A stretch of DNA of 64,000 nucleotides, taken from contig CAJBYM010000109.1 in NCBI GenBank assembly GCA_903959815.1, positions 2,229-66,228 on the forward strand. Reading direction: 5' to 3'. This document shows positions 59,503 to 64,000 of the stretch, piece by piece. Every line of letters starts with the position of its first letter. Positions within the stretch are counted from its first letter, which is position 1. The translations under genes and the position numbers were made by a program. Origin of the DNA: Candidatus Omnitrophota bacterium. GTDB lineage: Bacteria > Omnitrophota > Gorgyraeia > Zapsychrales > Fredricksoniimonadaceae. The notes under the pieces were generated by a model that did not search any database, was not told the DNA's origin, and saw only the letters and a list, made by a program, of their open reading frames with translations.

Positions 59503-60543
59503 CTATAACGTTGCGATATCAATCACAAAACGGAACTTAACATCGCCTTTAAGAATCCGCTCATAGGCCTCATTGACCTTCGCAACCGGGATCAGCTCAA
59601 TATCAGAAACGATCTTGTGCTGGGCACAAAAATCCAGCATCTCCTGCGTTTGACGAATCCCACCGATAAGCGAACCGGCCAAACAATGCCGCCCAAAGAT
59701 AAGGTTGGCGGCATGGACAGCCTGAGGCTTCGAAGGAACGCCCAAAACCACCATAATCCCGTCACGTTTTAGAGTTGTAAGATATTGATTCCAGTCAAGG
59801 TCCGAGGAAACCGTACAAATCAATAAATCAAACGTGCGGCTCAATTTCTCAAATGTCCCTGCTTCAGCCGTAGCATAATACTGATCCGCCCCCAAACGCC
59901 GAGCATCCGCTTCTTTGTTGCGCGAACGGCTTAAGACCCCCACCTGCGCACCCATAGCTTTAGCGATCTTAACCGCCATATGCCCAAGTCCACCAAGACC
60001 AATCACCCCAACAGTCTTACCAGGCCCCGCCTGCCAGTGACGCAACGGCGAATAAGTCGTAATACCCGCGCACAACAGTGGGGCGATCGCATCCATCGGG
60101 AGATCTTTAGGAAGTCGCAGCACAAAATCTTCATCGACAACGATGCGTGTAGAATACCCCCCCTGAGCCAATGTCTTACCATCTTTTTCATAACTATTAT
60201 AAGTAAAAATCGGATGCCCGCAGTACTGCTCCTCACCTTCCTTACAATCTGGACACGTACGACAAGAATCAATCAAACAACCCACACCAGCCCGATCGCC
60301 TGGCTTAAATTTCTTAACGGCAGCGCCCACATTAGCCACAACACCGGCGATCTCATGACCAGGCACCATAGGATAAAGAGAATGTCCCCATTCATTACGA
60401 GCCTGATGAATATCACTATGACAAACGCCGCAATACTTAATATCGATAAGAACATCACGAGGACCAAGCTCCCGACGCTCAAACGCAAACGAAACTAAAG
60501 GCTTTTCAGGAGATATTACAGCGTAAGACTTAACAGGATACAT
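59503..60543 (-). CDS. Zinc-dependent NAD(P)-alcohol dehydrogenase (CAD/YahK-like)
   Basis: GHEIAGVV motif, structural-Zn Cys cluster (CRTCPDCKEGEEQYC), GLGGLGH Rossmann fold. Confidence 0.9.
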   Translation of the reverse strand: MYPVKSYAVISPEKPLVSFAFERRELGPRDVLIDIKYCGVCHSDIHQARNEWGHSLYPMVPGHEIAGVVANVGAAVKKFKPGDRAGVGCLIDSCRTCPDCKEGEEQYCGHPIFTYNSYEKDGKTLAQGGYSTRIVVDEDFVLRLPKDLPMDAIAPLLCAGITTYSPLRHWQAGPGKTVGVIGLGGLGHMAVKIAKAMGAQVGVLSRSRNKEADARRLGADQYYATAEAGTFEKLSRTFDLLICTVSSDLDWNQYLTTLKRDGIMVVLGVPSKPQAVHAANLIFGRHCLAGSLIGGIRQTQEMLDFCAQHKIVSDIELIPVAKVNEAYERILKGDVKFRFVIDIATL

Positions 60544-60592
60544 GGGGCCTCCTTTATAACAGTTAAAAACTAAAACGTGCCAACCATTTAGA

Positions 60593-61063
60593 CTAATTCA
60601 ATCTCCAAAACGCATAATTGAGCACCATCGCAAAACTGACCCAACATCCATAGGGAACCAACAATAATCCCGCGATCTGGGAAATCGTCCAGAACACCCC
60701 TATCAAAGCCATCACCATGATCCAAAGGACAATAATATCAACCATCGCCCATGCCGGACTATGCATCCCAAAGAACAACACCGACCACAACGCATTGAAA
60801 ATAAGATGCGCCATGAACAAGATCATAGCGAAATTCCTGAACGGCTTGGGCACATCACTCATCCAAATCAGATAGAACGCGATCCCCATCAGGACATACA
60901 AAACGGTCCACACAGGCCCAAAGATCCAATCAGGTGGTGCAAAAGGTGGCTTCTGAAGCGTCTGAAACCAGCCACGGACCTCTTTGACCGTGAACAAGCT
61001 TCCGACCGCTCCGGCCGCAAAACAAAGAAAGATCGAAGAAATGAGTTTGAGGATACTGAGCAT
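60593..61063 (-). CDS. tspO: TspO/MBR tryptophan-rich sensory protein
   Basis: Five TM helices, Trp-rich, TspO pattern. Confidence 0.85.
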   Translation of the reverse strand: MLSILKLISSIFLCFAAGAVGSLFTVKEVRGWFQTLQKPPFAPPDWIFGPVWTVLYVLMGIAFYLIWMSDVPKPFRNFAMILFMAHLIFNALWSVLFFGMHSPAWAMVDIIVLWIMVMALIGVFWTISQIAGLLLVPYGCWVSFAMVLNYAFWRLN

Positions 61064-61158
61064 GAAATTAAACCTGTCTTTGATAGGAAATATGTGCAGG
61101 ATCGATCTGGCTCGACACCGAGGGCGATAGATCAGCCCTCAGGTGCCGAACCAAAAAA

Positions 61159-61224
61159 TTATTTCTTGCCCTGCTTGGGCTTCTTGTTCTTCTTATCCTT
61201 CTTACCTTTGCTTTTGTCTCCCAT
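61159..61224 (-). CDS. Candidate 21-aa lysine-rich peptide upstream of tspO
   Basis: GAAGGAGG, an 8-nt spacer, then ATG at 61224. Product is MGDKSKGKKDKKNKKPKQGKK, stop TAA. Confidence 0.25.
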   Translation of the reverse strand: MGDKSKGKKDKKNKKPKQGKK

Positions 61225-61261
61225 GTGCGCAACCTCCTTCCAGGTGTTTTAGGTTCATCTG

Positions 61262-61618
61262 TTAATTCTTGATCTCGGCCTTGATCTCTTTCTTCAATTT
61301 TCCGCTAATATTGCAATAGCCCTCAACAGAGAGAACGTCACCATCTTTAACATCAGGGATAAAATAACTTACTGTCTGTCCCACATTATCATCCTGTCTC
61401 GAAATAAGATGCTCGATGATCTCGCTACCATTTAAACCTATATCAACTTTATTAATATAATGACTCAGAGGATTGCTGGTGTTGTGCACCATAAGCGCGC
61501 TCAACATCCTGGTCTTCGCATCAAAGGTGATCTGAATATCGGACGGCGGATGCGCATAAACCATCGACGCACTGGCTAAGAAGACCAAGAAACTGACACA
61601 GATGATGACTTTCTTCAT
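61262..61618 (-). CDS. Hypothetical secreted protein
   Basis: Signal peptide ending MVYA-HP, 118 aa. Confidence 0.5.
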   Translation of the reverse strand: MKKVIICVSFLVFLASASMVYAHPPSDIQITFDAKTRMLSALMVHNTSNPLSHYINKVDIGLNGSEIIEHLISRQDDNVGQTVSYFIPDVKDGDVLSVEGYCNISGKLKKEIKAEIKN

Positions 61619-62370
61619 GCTGAAACTCCTTGTTTAGTTAATAATTTGTTTAATATGGGAACAGCTGCATTCATAACCAAAAGACTAAAAAGCTCGACGT
61701 CAAATCTCGCTCCTGACTGGGTCAGAATGAAAATAAGCCCTGCGATAAGAGCGCCAAACACATACTTGCTGATGACATTTGTCGGCGTTGTTTTTGGCTC
61801 AATGACCATAATAAAAATATAAAAATAACTCAAATAACCGAAGATATTCAAGATCGGAACTTTTTGAACGAAGGCTTGTGTCCCGAATAAAAGCAATGCG
61901 ACCATGGCGTACCCGATGACAATCTCCAGCTTTCTGATCTTGTGTGCCAGATAGATCCCGAAGGGCACCAGAACATACCATAAATACGTGGCCTTCCACT
62001 GCAAAGAAACACCCAAAACAATAACTGACAAGAACAGCCCGAGTGCGGCAGGATTAAAAACGTGTTTATTGCGAAAACGTATCGCCTGCTTGGAAAGGAT
62101 GACCAGTGTTGTGGCCGCGACCAGCTTCCACCACACTTCATCACTAGAAAGAACATACCCCGCGATCGCGCCCGCGATGATCGCGCTCTCCGTGATCTGC
62201 AATTTTCTGGTTTTAGAATACAACACGGCAGCTTCAGCAATAACGGCCGTTGTGACACAGATCGTAAATGCCAGCAAGAAAGAAAAATCTTTATCTTTAG
62301 AGATGAGAAATACAGCGAGGGCTAACAAGAAAAGAATAAGCTGTGTTTTGATCGACCTTAAATTGAGCAT
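61615..62370 (-). CDS. Polytopic membrane protein of unknown function
   Basis: Six to seven TM helices and an HVFNPAALG motif. Overlaps the downstream secreted-protein gene by 4 nt. Confidence 0.5.
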   Translation of the reverse strand: MLNLRSIKTQLILFLLALAVFLISKDKDFSFLLAFTICVTTAVIAEAAVLYSKTRKLQITESAIIAGAIAGYVLSSDEVWWKLVAATTLVILSKQAIRFRNKHVFNPAALGLFLSVIVLGVSLQWKATYLWYVLVPFGIYLAHKIRKLEIVIGYAMVALLLFGTQAFVQKVPILNIFGYLSYFYIFIMVIEPKTTPTNVISKYVFGALIAGLIFILTQSGARFDVELFSLLVMNAAVPILNKLLTKQGVSA

Positions 62371-62476
62371 ACCTTTTTTCCTGCCAAATAGATGTTGCAG
62401 AATATTGCTATACTCTAACGCATGTGATCATAAATGTAAATGAAAGGGTTCTAAGAAAACCGACTGCCCCTCCAAT

Positions 62477-62514
62477 AAAAAACCCCCGGACGTGTTCAAT
62501 CATCCGAGGGTTTT
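62477..62514 (-). terminator. Rho-independent terminator after the DUF2132 gene
   Basis: AAAAAACCCCCGGA, 12-nt loop, TCCGAGGGTTTT. T6 on the minus strand. Confidence 0.6.
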
Positions 62515-62607
62515 CAACAAGCCCCACCCACTAGCTTCTTAACTAACTTCCGGGGCTTCTTTCTATTTAAAATTCTACTCCTTTAGCCATGGCTGTCAAC
62601 ATCAATC

Positions 62608-62853
62608 CTATGGGTACGCCTGGCAATAAAGATCCTCAACTTTCTTTCTCGCCCACGGAGTACGACGCAAGAACGTCAGGCTCGATTTAATGCTGGGGTC
62701 TTTGGCAAAACAATTGATCTTGATACGGCGCGACATATCTTCCCAGCCGTACTTCTCGACCAGGCGCGTGAGTACCATCTCAAGTGTGACTCCATGCAAA
62801 GGATCTTTATGCTCTAGCCCTGTTTGCACACTCTTTTTCTCAGGATAAATCAC
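62608..62853 (-). CDS. DUF2132 (VF530-like) small protein
   Basis: [10 protein letters not shown]...YGWE...INCF...[11 protein letters not shown] pattern. Confidence 0.6.
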   Translation of the reverse strand: MIYPEKKSVQTGLEHKDPLHGVTLEMVLTRLVEKYGWEDMSRRIKINCFAKDPSIKSSLTFLRRTPWARKKVEDLYCQAYP

Positions 62854-63308
62854 TTTTGTCCACCAAACAAATTCTTTATGCCGGTAACGGTCTGGCTCGC
62901 ATCGGTCTTGATCTGCTGCGCATCTGCAACTTTTTTCTGTGACGGAGCCAATTTGTCCTGCGCCATTTTCATCAATGCTGCCTTAGCATCAGCCATGATC
63001 TTCTTGGCATCGATCGATTTTGAATTAAGGGTTGTTACAACGTAATTGGCCAGATCCAAAGCAGGTTGATAATTTCCTGCAGCCAGAAATTCTTTAGCCT
63101 TGGCTATAAGAAAGTTTTCCTGTGCTGAGCCAGCCCCCAGCTTCTTTGCCTGATCCAGCGTTGTCTGGGCCTGCGGACACATCTGTTGGACCGCTGCCTG
63201 ACCTGCCGTCTTTAAAACAGAACCCCACGACGCATGCTGAGCCAAAACAACAGATGGCACCATGAACATAATTCCAACCGCTACAACAACCATCATCCGT
63301 TGATTCAT
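62850..63308 (-). CDS. Hypothetical secreted helical protein
   Basis: Signal peptide, Ala/Lys/Gln-rich, 152 aa. Confidence 0.5.
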   Translation of the reverse strand: MNQRMMVVVAVGIMFMVPSVVLAQHASWGSVLKTAGQAAVQQMCPQAQTTLDQAKKLGAGSAQENFLIAKAKEFLAAGNYQPALDLANYVVTTLNSKSIDAKKIMADAKAALMKMAQDKLAPSQKKVADAQQIKTDASQTVTGIKNLFGGQK

Positions 63309-63334
63309 ACTCCCTCCATTAAAATAACAGGGTC

Positions 63335-63685
63335 TTATTTCTTGGCCGCAGCTTCCAACACTGCCATCTTCTTGAGCGCAGCTTCAGGATCTTTCAAGAA
63401 AGCATCTTTACAGCCACTGCAGCAAAGATTATACAGCTTGCCTTTATACTCAACTTTATTCGGACTGTCTTCAGAAACAGGCCCGCCCATAACAGGACAG
63501 AACTTATTGCCCGCATTAACAACAGCAGCTGCCGCTACCGGAGCCGCATTTGCCTGTACCGCAACAACAGGATCATCTGCTACAACAGCCTTCGCTAACT
63601 GACATCCGCAATTTTCACACGCAAAAACCGCGCTAGCCGATGCCACAAGAAACAACATGAAACCACTAACAATACACTTTCTCAT
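63335..63685 (-). CDS. Secreted YHS/TRASH-like metal-binding domain protein
   Basis: Signal peptide. C-terminal FCPVMGG...YKGKLYNLCCSGCKDAF resembles the YHS domain. Confidence 0.6.
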   Translation of the reverse strand: MRKCIVSGFMLFLVASASAVFACENCGCQLAKAVVADDPVVAVQANAAPVAAAAVVNAGNKFCPVMGGPVSEDSPNKVEYKGKLYNLCCSGCKDAFLKDPEAALKKMAVLEAAAKK

Positions 63686-64000
63686 AATCTCTCCTTTTTT
63701 AATATAAAAATATTACGCACAAACCCAGCCGCAATCATCTGGCTCTGTCGTCTCGGGCTGATTTATAGGCATTTTGGGATCTTTCATAATAACCGCTTTT
63801 TTAATACGTTTTATTATTTGTCGATCGAAAGAAAATAAAATTACAAAAACTCATGCAATAACAAAAAAGCCCAATCCGAAAAAGGGCTGGGCTTTCACGA
63901 CCAGAAATCTTATCTGTCAACATACCATTATCCAGACCTAGCCAACTACCGGCAATGCCTCCTGCTCTTTTAATCCGAAGAATAGCTTAAGATCGGTCAT

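Noticed and set aside
1-64000. CRISPR arrays, IS elements, integrases, rRNA and tRNA
   Set aside because: No regularly spaced direct repeats, no transposase or integrase-like translations, and no rRNA- or tRNA-like sequence in the intergenic gaps.

Overview
This 64 kb window is a dense, mostly minus-strand chromosomal segment from a Gram-negative (diderm) bacterium, about 50% GC.

Main contents:
- Housekeeping genes: greA, ybaB, yggT, lipA, def, panD, trxA, nrdAB, a DEAD-box helicase, an RNase II-family (RNB) exoribonuclease and an ABC-F ATPase.
- Envelope and outer-membrane functions: mlaFED with an inserted lipoprotein, MipA/OmpV, a short TamB-like protein, a TolC-like outer-membrane factor with an RND pump, a porin, MscS, DedA, SPFH and TspO.
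- Signalling: a PAS histidine kinase with a CheX-like partner, a PAS-GGDEF-EAL protein, and a Cache histidine kinase with a CheY-like receiver.
- A scattered set of O2/ROS/NO-defence genes: flavodiiron protein, hemerythrin, rubrerythrin-like and ferritin-like proteins, and an AhpD-like protein.

I found no rRNA, tRNA, CRISPR array, transposase or integrase. The region therefore looks like core genome with a few unusual operon architectures rather than a mobile island.

Four things stand out:
- An arsR-OMF-RND-DUF2892-ferredoxin/nitroreductase operon that has no periplasmic adaptor gene. A 47-bp palindrome overlaps the arsR ribosome-binding site.
- A four-gene operon with overlapping reading frames: aas-like, L-Ala-D/L-Glu epimerase, DUF819 and NlpC/P60. 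It links lysophospholipid reacylation to murein-peptide processing.
- A secreted protein made of about 11 tandem 15-residue repeats.
- A two-component operon that is co-oriented with a small membrane protein, MarC and a hemerythrin.

Several small ORFs below the 60-aa threshold of the supplied track have strong Shine-Dalgarno sequences and are reported at low confidence.

All calls rest on reading motifs in the supplied translations and on hairpins found by eye. No database search was possible.
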